A DNA stretch of 37,993 nt, taken from Octopus bimaculoides. Lineage: Eukaryota. The notes beneath the pieces were generated by a model. That model was not told the origin of the DNA. It did no database searches and saw only the letters and a list, made by a program, of their open reading frames with translations. The translations under genes and the position numbers were made by a program. This document shows, one piece after another, positions 1 through 10,992 of the stretch (its first letter is position 1; the number at the start of each line of letters is the position of its first letter). The stretch is taken from the NCBI RefSeq assembly GCF_001194135.2, contig NC_068995.1, positions 42,233,201-42,271,193 of the forward strand, written 5' to 3'.

Positions 1-15
1 ATATGTTTATATATG

Positions 16-48
<33 letters not shown>

Positions 49-60
49 CTTTGTGTCTGT

Positions 61-210
61 GTTTGATAACCGTTGTTGGTGTATTTATAATTACTACTAG
101 GCGTACAAAGTATAAGTCCTGGGGTCGCTTTCTTCGTCTAAAAAACACTTTAAGGTGGTGATCCAGCATGGCCGCAGTCAAATGACTGAAACAAGTAATG
201 GAATAAAAGA

Positions 211-211
<1 letters not shown>
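61..211 (+). mobile_element. SINE family A, 3' module only, internally deleted
   Basis: Matches the tail of the full copy at 31757-32154 (CTAGGC..CAAAG..TAAGTCCTGGGGTCG; CCAGCATGGCCGCAGTCAAATGACTGAAACAAG); preceded by (TG)n. Confidence 0.85.
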
Positions 212-277
<66 letters not shown>

Positions 278-372
278 CATATAATGTGTGCGTATATGTA
301 TGTGTATATGTGTGTATATATATGCATGTACATACATGTATGTATATGTGTGTGTGTGCATGTATAGAATAT
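212..372. repeat. (CA)n followed by mixed TA/TG microsatellite
   Basis: Direct reading. Confidence 0.95.
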
Positions 373-460
373 ATAAATGTATGACTCATTACAGGCATAC
401 GGTCTTTTACACGTCGAAAGAATAGCCAAAACCACAGAAAGAGGAAGAGATAAAGAAGGA

Positions 461-493
<33 letters not shown>

Positions 494-758
494 TGTGAGG
501 CACGTCTCCTAGACATAAGGGTGGTAAAGGGGTGGAAAGGCGGTGGTAAATGCAATCACGAAACCGTGAATATTCGTGACGGGTGATAATTACTGCACTG
601 AATGAACCGTTGCCTGTTAATAAAGCGAGACGCACAGACAGACAGACAATATATTCACGGTCAGGTTAATGACGTAGCCCTCACGTGCTCTCTCGAAAAA
701 GTAGTAAAACCTCCCAGTAAGCTTGTAGGTAAAAGAAAGGGGCTACATATTTTCTGTC

Positions 759-955
759 ACTTGCTTCAATCATTCGACTGCGACGATGGCGAGTGCACCA
801 CCGCCTTAAAGGGTTTTAATCGATCAATCGACCCCCCAGTAGTTTGGGATATTAGTCTGATACTTATTATATCAGTTCCTTGTTAAACTGCTAGGTTACG
901 ATGACGTAAAGAAACGAACACCGGTTCTCAAGTGGCGTGGGGATAGATACAAAAT
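759..955 (-). mobile_element. SINE family A, 3' module, diverged
   Basis: ACTTGCTTCAATCATTCGACTGCG..CACCGCCTTAAAGG..ATCGACCCC..TACTTATT aligns to the reverse complement of the family A tail. Confidence 0.7.
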
Positions 956-1000
956 CAAACACACACACACACAAATATATATATATATATATATACATTC

Positions 1001-1144
1001 CTTGTTTCAGTCATTTGACTGCGGCCATGCTGAGGCACCGTTTCGAATTTTTAGTCGAATGTATCGACACGAGTATTTACTTTCTCTTAAAGCCCTGTAT
1101 TTACTCTGTCGGTATCCTTTTGCCGAGCCGCTGCGTTACGGGGA
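1001..1144 (-). mobile_element. SINE family A, 3' module (left arm of inverted pair)
   Basis: CTTGTTTCAGTCATTTGACTGCGGCCATGCTG...TTTTGCCGAGCCGCTGCGTTACGGGGA. Confidence 0.85.
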
Positions 1145-1150
1145 TGCTCG

Positions 1151-1241
1151 TGTGTTTACGTCCCCGTAACTTTGCGGTTCGGCAAAAATGGCCGATTGAA
1201 TAAGTACTAGGCTTACAAAGAATAACACCTGGGGTCGATTT
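1151..1241 (+). mobile_element. SINE family A, 3' module fragment (right arm of inverted pair)
   Basis: TGTGTTTACGTCCCCGTAACTTTGCGGTTCGGCAAAA...AATAAGTACTAGGCTTACAAAGAATAACACCTGGGGTCGATTT. Confidence 0.9.
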
Positions 1242-1270
1242 ACTATATATATAGTCGTGGCTGTGTGGTA

Positions 1271-1844
1271 NNNNNNNNNNNNNNNNNNNNNNNNNNNNNN
1301 NNNNNNNNNNNNNNNNNNNNNNNNNNNNNNNNNNNNNNNNNNNNNNNNNNNNNNNNNNNNNNNNNNNNNNNNNNNNNNNNNNNNNNNNNNNNNNNNNNNN
1401 NNNNNNNNNNNNNNNNNNNNNNNNNNNNNNNNNNNNNNNNNNNNNNNNNNNNNNNNNNNNNNNNNNNNNNNNNNNNNNNNNNNNNNNNNNNNNNNNNNNN
1501 NNNNNNNNNNNNNNNNNNNNNNNNNNNNNNNNNNNNNNNNNNNNNNNNNNNNNNNNNNNNNNNNNNNNNNNNNNNNNNNNNNNNNNNNNNNNNNNNNNNN
1601 NNNNNNNNNNNNNNNNNNNNNNNNNNNNNNNNNNNNNNNNNNNNNNNNNNNNNNNNNNNNNNNNNNNNNNNNNNNNNNNNNNNNNNNNNNNNNNNNNNNN
1701 NNNNNNNNNNNNNNNNNNNNNNNNNNNNNNNNNNNNNNNNNNNNNNNNNNNNNNNNNNNNNNNNNNNNNNNNNNNNNNNNNNNNNNNNNNNNNNNNNNNN
1801 NNNNNNNNNNNNNNNNNNNNNNNNNNNNNNNNNNNNNNNNNNNN
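1271..1844. other. Assembly gap (574 N)
   Basis: Run of N. Confidence 1.
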
Positions 1845-1888
<44 letters not shown>

Positions 1889-1939
1889 CACACATACATA
1901 TATATATGTGTGTGTGTGAGTGTGTGTGCGTGTGTGTGT

Positions 1940-2225
1940 GGAAGTGCAATGGCCCAGTGGTTAGGGCAGTGGACTCGCGGTCGTTGGATCACGGTTTCGA
2001 TTCCAGTACCGGGCGTGCTGAGTATTTATTGAGCGCAAACACCTGAAACTCTACGAGGCTCCGGTAGGGGGTGGTGGCGAACCCTGCTGTATTGTTTCAC
2101 CACAACTTTCTCTCATTCTTTCTTCCTGTTTCTCTTGTACCTGTATTTCAAAGAGCCAGCCTTGTCACACTCTGTGTCACGCTGGATCTCCCCGAGAACT
2201 ACGTGAAGGGTACACGTGTCTGTGG
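1940..2225 (+). mobile_element. SINE family B (tRNA-derived head), 3'-truncated
   Basis: A-box-like TGGCCCAGTGG, B-box-like GTTTCGATTCC; colinear with the copy at 23171-23539 up to GGGTACACGTGTCTGTGG. Confidence 0.9.
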
Positions 2226-2530
2226 TATGTGCGAGTTTTTCAGGATTTCCATGCGTTCGGCTACGCATAGCTTGCACCGTTTCGTGCCAGACGGTGGAGG
2301 ATTTTCCATGATATCGAGTATGAAATTCCGTCTTCCTTCATCGGCCAGATATGGCTGGCCAGCAATGTTACATATCTCCTTTCCGGGACTCTGAAGGTAG
2401 ATCTATGGCTGGAGAGACGTATCTTGAAGGATGTTCCCGTGCATCCGATGTATTTCTTTGGATGCGTGGAGTCGGAGTCGTGCTTACTATTACTTACTGT
2501 TGTGATCTAAACTCCTGCAGCATTCATTAT
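2226..2530 (-). pseudogene. Penelope-like element GIY-YIG endonuclease relic
   Basis: Manual translation: NAAGV*ITTV...KKYIGCTGTSFKIRLSSHRSTFRVPERRYVTLLASHIWPMKEDGISYSISWKIL, frameshift, then KRCKLCVAERMEIL. GV* at 2515-2507, YIG at 2452-2444, CxxC at 2282-2265. Confidence 0.85.
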
Positions 2531-2712
2531 TACCTTAAACTTTTGTCAATTTTTTAAATATATAAACATATGTCTTACTTGATACCAGATGTTTGCCTTT
2601 TTATTTATTTATTCTATTATACAGATTCAAATGCGCTTGTAGACATAAATGAAGACATACAGAACCACATATGCAATTATATCAAATGCCTACACGCATG
2701 CGTAAATGTAAA

Positions 2713-2780
2713 TACAGTAATGCCTCGATATACGACTAAATCTGTTCCCGGAGACTGCTCGTAAAGCGAAAACTCGTAAG
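2713..2780 (+). mobile_element. pogo/Tigger-like DNA transposon or MITE left end
   Basis: TA|CAGTAATGCCTCGATATACGA...CTCGTAAAGCGAAAACTCGTAAG resembles Tigger-type termini (from recall); no partner TIR seen. Confidence 0.45.
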
Positions 2781-2796
2781 CAGTTATTCTATCGTA

Positions 2797-3078
2797 AGTA
2801 CTTATTCTATCAGTCTCTAAGTTATTGGGACGTAAACATACCAGCATCGGTTGTCAAGCGATGCTGAAGGGGACAAACACAGACACAGAAACATATACAC
2901 ACCATACACATATATACATATATACAACGGGCTTCTTTCAGTTTCCATCTACCAAATCCACTCACAAGGCTTTGGTCGGCCCGAGGCTATAGCAGAAGAC
3001 ACTTGCCCAATGTGCCACGGCACTCGGAACCATGTGGTTAGTAGGCAAGCTACTTACCACAGAGCCACTCCAACGCCT
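2797..3078 (-). mobile_element. SINE family A, head to mid-tail
   Basis: Head GGAGTGGCTCTGTGGTAAGTAGCTTGC, CTTGGGCAAGTGTCTTC-type core, internal CA/TA tract, tail ending at AATAAGTACT. Confidence 0.9.
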
Positions 3079-3650
3079 GACGGAAATGTTTAATTTGCAA
3101 TGAAACCGATTTGTGACTGGATTCGAAACTGATTCTATCTCCATTGCTAAGATGTCTGAAAATAAAACCACAACTTTTCGCACACGCACAGCTTCATATT
3201 CTTTCTTTCTTTCTTTCTTTGCGTTTGTATGTGTGTACGTATATGCGTGTATTGTGTTGTATACGAAACACATACAAAACCGAATATGCCTATCCTCAAA
3301 TAAACGTACCTATGCATGTGTATGTATACACCCAGGTACACACCACGCCAATACCCCCTATCGCCCACCGCCGCCCCCCACACGCACACGTATGTATTTA
3401 TTTACGTACACAACTAAATATTTGCACGCTGTTCCTGGTAGCAATGGACAGTAGAGGTTGAACGGAGAGATCTTGTCACTAGGTGCGGTCAATTTGTACA
3501 TTATACGGTTTGTGTGCGCAGCATTGTGGTGTCGGGATGGCGGGGAGTATAGGGGTGGGATGGGGTTGTTGGTGTATGGATGAGGTGCGGAGGCGTATGA
3601 ATGAAGTTCTGACTCAAATTGTTTGTGCATGAAACGGTAATGGATATATA

Positions 3651-3795
3651 NNNNNNNNNNNNNNNNNNNNNNNNNNNNNNNNNNNNNNNNNNNNNNNNNN
3701 NNNNNNNNNNNNNNNNNNNNNNNNNNNNNNNNNNNNNNNNNNNNNNNNNNNNNNNNNNNNNNNNNNNNNNNNNNNNNNNNNNNNNNNNNNNNNNN
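3651..3795. other. Assembly gap (145 N)
   Basis: Run of N. Confidence 1.
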
Positions 3796-3848
3796 ATATA
3801 TATATACATACACACAAATACATACATACATGTTTTTCTTTTCTTTTC

Positions 3849-4045
3849 TTTTACTTGTTTTATTCATTTGATTGCGGCCATACTGGAGCATCGCATTTAG
3901 TCGAAGAAATCGACCCCATGACTTATTCTTTGTACGCCGACCACTTATTCTATCGGTCTCTTTAGCCGAACCGCTAAGTTACGGGGACGTAAATACATTG
4001 ACATCAGTTGTCCAGTGATGGTATGAGAACAAACACAGAAACACA
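3849..4045 (-). mobile_element. SINE family A, 3' module
   Basis: TCATTTGATTGCGGCCATACTGGAGCA...GAAATCGACCCC...CCGAACCGCTAAGTTACGGGGACGTAAA. Confidence 0.9.
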
Positions 4046-4049
4046 AATA

Positions 4050-4169
4050 TATACATATACATATACAGACAAATACATACAGACACCTACATATACATGC
4101 AAATACATAAATAAATACACACACACACACACACACACATACACACATATATATATATACATCATATGC

Positions 4170-4211
<42 letters not shown>

Positions 4212-4430
4212 CATACACGCAAGTATATAAACTCACACACCACATGAAATATATGAGTCAGCGCGAGTGTGTCTGTATGTGTGTATGTCTGTGTGTGTGT
4301 CTATAAGGTGTCCATTTATATATATATATGTATATATATATATGTATTTCTGTATATTTGCATTTATATATATTTATATGTGCGTATGCGTGTGTGTACA
4401 GGTATATGTGTATGTTTGTGTGTAGGGAGA
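4050..4430. repeat. Compound TA/CA/TG/TACA microsatellite field
   Basis: Direct reading. Confidence 0.9.
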
Positions 4431-4592
4431 TTTATATAGAAATATATTGACACAAGCGACCCTATGACGGTGCGTCCGAGCATTCGGTTGATTTGCCTTC
4501 AAACCACTCTTTAAATAACTCCGCAATGTCTAAAAATATAATGAAACATTGAGTGGATGTTGTGCTGTCTTACTAGGTAGACTGTGACTGGG

Positions 4593-4714
4593 AGAGTGAA
4601 CTGGAGCAATGTGAAATAAAGTGTCTTGCTCAAGAACACAACACGCAGCCCGGTCCTGGAATCGGACTCACTATCTCATTATTGTCAGCCCGATGCTCTA
4701 ACCACTGAGCCATG
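4593..4714 (-). mobile_element. SINE family C: tRNA-like head plus CORE-like domain
   Basis: Minus strand: TGGCTCAGTGGTTAGAGCATCGGGC (A box), GTCCGATTCC (B-box-like), then GTGTTCTTGAGCAAGACACTTTATTTCAC resembling the CORE-SINE motif. Confidence 0.75.
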
Positions 4715-4734
4715 AGTATTCTCATGAAAAAAGA

Positions 4735-4930
4735 AAAATGCTTCTTTATTCACATGGTTCTAAATCAATTATGCATTATCCTGTAGCTTGGAGATTTCAC
4801 AATGATGTGACTGTTTACACTTAGAATGACGATGCAGGGCATGTGTAAGAGGCCAGATCTAGCTGGTTTGAACATAAAGCAGGTAGAATGTCTGGGTGGG
4901 ATATGGCCAGTTTGAATGCAAAAGGGTTGG
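4735..4930 (-). mobile_element. Possible decayed MITE-like dispersed repeat
   Basis: Ends in AATGCAAAAGGGTT, resembling a TTAACCCTTT-type (piggyBac-like) terminus; only one end seen, identification from recall. Confidence 0.3.
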
Positions 4931-4934
4931 TTGG

Positions 4935-5003
4935 TACAAAGTCGAATCGAAACTGTGACCTCGTGATGTTCATGGAAGCGAGATTCCTCACCATTGAGCC
5001 ATG
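4935..5003 (-). mobile_element. Isolated tRNA-like SINE head
   Basis: Minus strand: TGGCTCAATGG (A box) ... GTTTCGATTCG (B-box-like). Confidence 0.5.
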
Positions 5004-5149
5004 TCTCCATCCATGCCTGTAAACATACACACACACACTTCACCTCTCGACAGCATTACCCATCACCACCGCTACCTCTAATACGGTCTCATCTCTTTTG
5101 AATCTCTGACTTACATTTACTGAATACAAAAGGTTTGGTGAAAGTTTTT

Positions 5150-5449
5150 ATAAAGACAACAACAACAACAACACCACGTGACTTATTGATTTGTGCTGTT
5201 TGAACAATAGCAGGTGACCGTGTTGGTGTTTCTTGTCGTTGTTGTTGTTGTTGTTGGCCTGCGTAGGTGTATGAGAAAAAACAATCTAACAACAACAACA
5301 GCAGCAGCAGCAGCAGCAACAATATCAACAACAACAATGACCTGGACAAGCGTTAACAAAAGCAATAATAAATATATAAAAATACAAGCAGTAAGACCGT
5401 CATTAATGCCAAGTAAAATAAAAGTACAACACGAACATCAAGAACAATA

Positions 5450-5518
<69 letters not shown>

Positions 5519-5560
5519 ATAACGGCAACTATTACTGCAACAAAATACTATAAAAACATC
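5150..5560. repeat. Trinucleotide cluster (CAA, TGT, CAG, CTA, CTG)
   Basis: Direct reading; longest is (CTA)n at about 5449-5500. Confidence 0.95.
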
Positions 5561-6477
5561 GCTGAAAACAAAAGCTTAAAGGTGTGGTTGTTGAAATAAA
5601 GATAAATGTGTGCGACAGCTATCTTAACCAACACATCTCACCGTACCCCCTCTATACCGTACCTCACTACATCATGCTACGTTGTACCAGCACCGTGCTA
5701 TATCGTATTACTCTACGCTACACCCTACTGGACCAAACCAAAAACGCTACACTATCCCTCACACTACACAACATCTCACCCCTCCATACTACACCGTAGA
5801 AGAAAAAAAAGCAAACAAACAAAAACGCGTTGTAGTACCCCCACGGTTTTCGGGTATATCACGTTGTAATAAGCATTCTTTTAGCTTCCAGCCAACGTAT
5901 GAGTTTCTCTGTAGTCGGTTGGCATGCAAAAAAAAAAAATAATAAATAAATAGTAACCAAATTCCTTTCAAATCACAATTTGGTCTTTTGGCAAGGACAA
6001 ATTTTATAATGTGTTCTTTGATACGCATACCCCCCCCCCTCACACACACACACACATACACCGTGTATGAGATGCTGGCCCTTACATCATCAGTTCATGA
6101 TAAACCACAGTACAATACACTCCAGCAGAACAGGTGAAGCTGATCTCACCCCACCATAGCATTCTCAACATGGAATACAGAGATAATGCCATACAGTACA
6201 CTACATTATGGTATATGATCCAGTAGACGAGGCCAAGTATTAAACGCTTTTCTTGGTTTACTCACGGGACAAAATGGCCTATATGTTTCGAGAAGGGTCG
6301 TTTTGTGATGATTAAGCTTTTTCCGAAGGGAATTCATGACGGATGTTAGTGAAACATAATAGCTGTTCCTGAGGATTGAACCTGCGTCCCAGTTTTAGGT
6401 TTACGTGATCTTAACTCTTGCTTTATGGCACTCGTCAACATTCTCGTATGGGAGCTGCTACCATAGACTCTTGAACT

Positions 6478-6600
6478 TCAAGAAATAGCAACAAAATCTT
6501 CCCTAAACGACAGGCTTCTGTATTCGAAGGAGAACGAAACATTGAGCGACCTAGTTCTACATATTACGAGATAGTCACGGCTGGAATGCCTTTGATTATA
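6478..6600 (+). repeat. Dispersed repeat family F (unclassified)
   Basis: Aligns by eye with the reverse complement of 28540-28680 (shared TAGCAACAAA, CCCTAA, CTG.AATGCCTTT.AT). Confidence 0.5.
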
Positions 6601-6907
6601 TGCCTGCACTGATATTGATATTTTACACAAAGCGAACTATGTAGAGATGTATAGTATAAAAGAAAATACATAGGGCGTGGTGACTTTCATGCCTTAGCAA
6701 ATGGTATCAGCGGACCAAATACACTAAACTTGCTTCAGCTTAAAATCGAAACTGTATCGCAGAAATTCAGTCCCTGTGTTATTTGCCTCTTGTTTAAATC
6801 GCAATACTTATAGTGGTTTCTAAGCTAATGCGTCCACACAGATTTCCAGTAGGGCGATGGAGTGAGGTGGGTAATCAAATCAATTGTATTGATCCTGACA
6901 TAGGAGA

Positions 6908-7130
6908 AGGCTGCAAGTTCGCAGAATCGTTAGTACGCCGGCCAAAATGCTTAACGTCATTTACTCTGGCTCTTTGCGTTCTGGGTTCAAACTCTGCCGA
7001 AGTCGACTTTGCTTTTCATCCTTTCGGGGGTCAATAAAATAAACTCTCGTTGGCCACTGAGTCGATGTAATAGACTTATCACCTCCCCCGAACTTGCTAG
7101 CCTTGGGCGAAAATCTGAGACCAGTATTAT
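6908..7130 (+). mobile_element. SINE family E, copy 1
   Basis: GCAGAATCGTTAG head, GGGTTCAAACT B-box-like, GTCGACTTTGCTTTTCATCCTTTCGGGG core, tail GAGACCAGTATTAT. Confidence 0.85.
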
Positions 7131-7135
7131 AGGAA

Positions 7136-7369
7136 AGGCGGTGAGCTGGCAGAATCATTAGCGCACCGGACGAAGTGCTTAGCGGTATTTTGTCTGCCGC
7201 TATGCTCTGAGTTCAAATTCCGCCGAGGTTAACTTTGCCTTTCATCCTTTCGGAGTCGATAAATTAAGTACCAGTTACGCACTGGGGTCGATGTAATCGA
7301 CTTAATATCTTTGTCTCTCCTTGTTTGTTCCTTCTATGTTTAAGACCCTTGTGGGCAATAAAAAAATAA
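7136..7369 (+). mobile_element. SINE family E, copy 2 (alternative tail)
   Basis: GGCGGTGAGCTGGCAGAATC...GAGTTCAAATTCCGCCGAGG...GATAAATTAAGTACCAG...CTGGGGTCGATGTAATCGACTT; tail CTTGTGGGCAATAAAA. Confidence 0.9.
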
Positions 7370-7501
7370 GAAACGTTAGCACGCCAGGCGACATGCTTAA
7401 CGGTATTTCGCCCGTCTTTACGTTATGAGTTCAAATTCTACCAAAGTCGACTTTGACTTTCACCCTTTCAGGAACAATAGAATAAGTATCATTTGAACAC
7501 T
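7370..7501 (+). mobile_element. SINE family E, copy 3 (truncated)
   Basis: GTTAGCACGCCAGGCG..ATGCTTAACGGTATTTCG..GAGTTCAAATTC..GTCGACTTTG. Confidence 0.85.
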
Positions 7502-7511
7502 TCCCCTAAGG

Positions 7512-7605
7512 ATCACAGAAGGGTAAACGGCAAATTCGACTTGGGTGCGATTTGAACTCAGAATGTAAAGAGATAAAAACGAAATATGGCCAGGCATTTT
7601 ACCCC
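7512..7605 (-). mobile_element. SINE family E, copy 4 (fragment)
   Basis: GGCAAATTCGAC..ATTTGAACTCAGAATGTAAAG..CGAAAT..GCATTTT. Confidence 0.75.
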
Positions 7606-7830
7606 ATAATATTGGTCTCAAATTTTGGTACGAGGCCAACAAGTTCGGGAAATGGGGTAAGTCGATGACATCGACTCTAGTGCGCAACTCGTACTTATTT
7701 TATCGATCCCAAAAGGATGAATGGCAAAGTCGATCTCGATTGAATTTGAACTCAGAACGGGAAGACGGACGAAATAGGGTTCAGCATTTTCTCCCTCCCC
7801 GGCATGCTAACGATTCTACCAGCTCACCCC
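7606..7830 (-). mobile_element. SINE family E, copy 5
   Basis: Head-to-tail colinear with the reverse complement of copy 1. Confidence 0.85.
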
Positions 7831-7849
7831 CACTTCATCATAGCATCTG

Positions 7850-8068
7850 ATAATATTTGTTTCAAATTTTGGCACAAGGCCAGCAGTTTAGGGGTGAGAT
7901 TTAGTCGATTACAACGACCCTAGTGCGCATCAGGTCCTTATTTTATTGAATCCGAGAGGATGAAAGGCAAAGTCGACCTCGGTGGTATTTGATCTCAGAA
8001 CGTGGAGACGGACGAAATATTGCTCAGTATTTTCTTCCGGCATTCTAACGAGGCTGCCAACTCGCCCT
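7850..8068 (-). mobile_element. SINE family E, copy 6
   Basis: GGATGAAAGGCAAAGTCGACCTCGG...CTCAGAACG; colinear with copy 5. Confidence 0.85.
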
Positions 8069-8232
8069 ACTTCATTCAGCGTCTAATGATATTACTTCCA
8101 AATTCCTTACATGTAGATCGATATATCAGGTGATGAGGGTGAAAAGCTCCCTTACATATTGTTGAAGTCAACATCCGATGTGTATTTATATATGTTGTAT
8201 ATAGGAAGTTTGTCTCGAAGGGGCATCGTCCA

Positions 8233-8235
<3 letters not shown>

Positions 8236-8316
<81 letters not shown>
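8236..8316. repeat. (CT)n followed by (ATCT)n
   Basis: Direct reading. Confidence 0.95.
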
Positions 8317-9020
8317 CACTTTTCAGCATCATTTAATTCTCTCTATCTCTCCTATTTTTTCTCTCTGTCTCGTCAACGTGTCTCACCTCTTTCAAAACAA
8401 AAGAAAGAATAACACGAAATGCAGGTGGCCGAGTTGCTGCTGCTGGTGGTGGTGGTGGTGGGGTAGAAGATGGTGTGACATGACGTAGAATGGTGTGGTG
8501 ATGTGTAGTCAAGTGTGGTGGGCTGTGATATGATGCGAGCGAACAGGCGTGCAAAGGGGCGGATCGGCAGCGGTGTTGGTGATGAAACAAGCTAGCTTAG
8601 TGACTTGTTAACTGCAAGATAAACACATGAAAGGATGGATGGGTGGCGCTGGAACGAGGTGGGGGGAAAAGGGGTGACGAGAGGAGTTGTGGAAGCCATT
8701 CAGGTGTGTCGAAAAGCATGCATACAGGTAGCAAACGGCAATAATAAAAGTAACAAGGATGATGATGATGCTTTTGTTGTTATTAATGATGATGATGATG
8801 ATGATGATAAAAAATGATAATCGAAGCTGATTGTATTGTGTGTGTATTCTCTGTGTAAATTGAATATGGACGTGAAGTTTCTATCTGTAATGTGTGTGGA
8901 TCAAAATGGGAAAAGAGGAAGAGAACAACATAAACGAATAACAAAGGCTGCAGACAATAACAAGATATGACAAAAAGAAATAGAATGAAAAGTATTGACA
9001 ATGTAGTCATTTTAAACACA

Positions 9021-9730
9021 NNNNNNNNNNNNNNNNNNNNNNNNNNNNNNNNNNNNNNNNNNNNNNNNNNNNNNNNNNNNNNNNNNNNNNNNNNNNNNNN
9101 NNNNNNNNNNNNNNNNNNNNNNNNNNNNNNNNNNNNNNNNNNNNNNNNNNNNNNNNNNNNNNNNNNNNNNNNNNNNNNNNNNNNNNNNNNNNNNNNNNNN
9201 NNNNNNNNNNNNNNNNNNNNNNNNNNNNNNNNNNNNNNNNNNNNNNNNNNNNNNNNNNNNNNNNNNNNNNNNNNNNNNNNNNNNNNNNNNNNNNNNNNNN
9301 NNNNNNNNNNNNNNNNNNNNNNNNNNNNNNNNNNNNNNNNNNNNNNNNNNNNNNNNNNNNNNNNNNNNNNNNNNNNNNNNNNNNNNNNNNNNNNNNNNNN
9401 NNNNNNNNNNNNNNNNNNNNNNNNNNNNNNNNNNNNNNNNNNNNNNNNNNNNNNNNNNNNNNNNNNNNNNNNNNNNNNNNNNNNNNNNNNNNNNNNNNNN
9501 NNNNNNNNNNNNNNNNNNNNNNNNNNNNNNNNNNNNNNNNNNNNNNNNNNNNNNNNNNNNNNNNNNNNNNNNNNNNNNNNNNNNNNNNNNNNNNNNNNNN
9601 NNNNNNNNNNNNNNNNNNNNNNNNNNNNNNNNNNNNNNNNNNNNNNNNNNNNNNNNNNNNNNNNNNNNNNNNNNNNNNNNNNNNNNNNNNNNNNNNNNNN
9701 NNNNNNNNNNNNNNNNNNNNNNNNNNNNNN
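9021..9730. other. Assembly gap (710 N)
   Basis: Run of N. Confidence 1.
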
Positions 9731-9817
<87 letters not shown>

Positions 9818-10229
9818 CACACATATACACACATATACATACATATACACACATATACATGTATGCACACGCATACACACACATACATTATATACGCTGC
9901 TGAGTCCCCCTTCGGTCATGACTGACCATGAGATTGCGCCTAGAAAGTTACCCTCCCAGGCACAAGTCCGGGCAAGGCATTATATATATATATATATATA
10001 TATTCAGATGGCCTACTGTCCTCCATGTTAGCTGATGTAACTCTAATGTTCATGGTCACCGATGCTGTAATCGTCAAAACTAGTCCGAAACAGCTGTATA
10101 TATGTTCGGTCTAAATATGACGAATTTTTATGACTTCCTTTTTTTTTTTCAGGAACAGTATAAGTGAACGGTCAATGGCGTTGAAAAGTATATAAATAAA
10201 TGTTGTAGTTAAAAAAAAAGCTTACTGAC

Positions 10230-10992
10230 ATGGAGGACTGGAAGCCATTTGAATATCGGAATCATGATGATTCGCCCTGTATCAAAATGCTGACATCATA
10301 GCGGCTGCTCAATACTGTGTGAGCACTACAAATGCTGTAAGACGTGACATGGGGAGTTGCGGCGGAAACTACAAAGCTGTAGCCATCAGGAAGGGACACA
10401 GCAAGCGTTCTGGCTGTATCCACATGTCAGAGTTCAAACAACAACTTCAGGGGGGAAAGTATTGGAATATCCGTGGAAGGGAATCCATGCTTTGGCGAGA
10501 GAGATGGCTGTTAGAATGAATATCATGAAGCTGGCACTTGTACAAAATGTGCAAGGAGCAACTTCTGACAGCCGAGACCGCTTGACCAAGGCAAAGAAGC
10601 TCCTGAACAAGCTGAAACAGCCTATCAAGCCGGGGAGGATCTGATTCTTTTCAGGTGAAAAGAACTTCAGTCAGTACCAAACACACAACACTCACAACAA
10701 TAAATGTCTTCCTTCGAACCTATGTGATGCCTCACGTCTCCAGTGAGGGTGATTTATATCCCTCCACATCATTGAAAAGGACCTTCGGCTCAACCGAGAC
10801 GTTTATGTGACGGTGCTGGAGAGTGTGGTAAAGCCCTGGCTGTAGAGGGCTGTCGTTTGAAGATCACATGTATGCCAGCAGGATTCGGTTCTATGATATA
10901 CTCCCAGAAAAAATGTGAAGTGATTGTCGGAAAAATTCTACAACTTCACTAACCCTAATATTTGGCCTTTTAATTTCCCCGTTGTAATCTGT
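10230..10992 (+). pseudogene. Tc1/mariner superfamily transposase relic, maT (Bmmar1/DD37D)-like
   Basis: Across stops and frameshifts: RKGHSKRSG; RLTKAKKLLNKLKQP; I*FFSGEKNF (first D as G); VSSEGD; LRLNRDVYVTVLESVVKPW; VCQQDS; IWPFNFP then TGTAATC (WPPNSPDCNP-like). TIRs not found. Confidence 0.85.

Noticed and set aside
1940-2020. tRNA genes at SINE heads (also 4640-4714, 23171, 31757)
   Set aside because: A/B boxes are present but I could not form acceptor and anticodon stems, and each continues into a SINE body.
2625-2701. Possible 77-nt plus-strand exon (DSNALVDINEDIQNHICNYIKCLHAC)
   Set aside because: Weak donor (GTAAAT), no recognisable homology; expected by chance in AT-rich DNA.
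3534-3565. G-quadruplex motif with five G-runs
   Set aside because: The motif is real but common; nothing here ties it to a function.
9897-9977. GC-richer 80-nt segment, possibly a LINE UTR fragment
   Set aside because: Single copy here with no coding or structural support; needs a repeat-library search.
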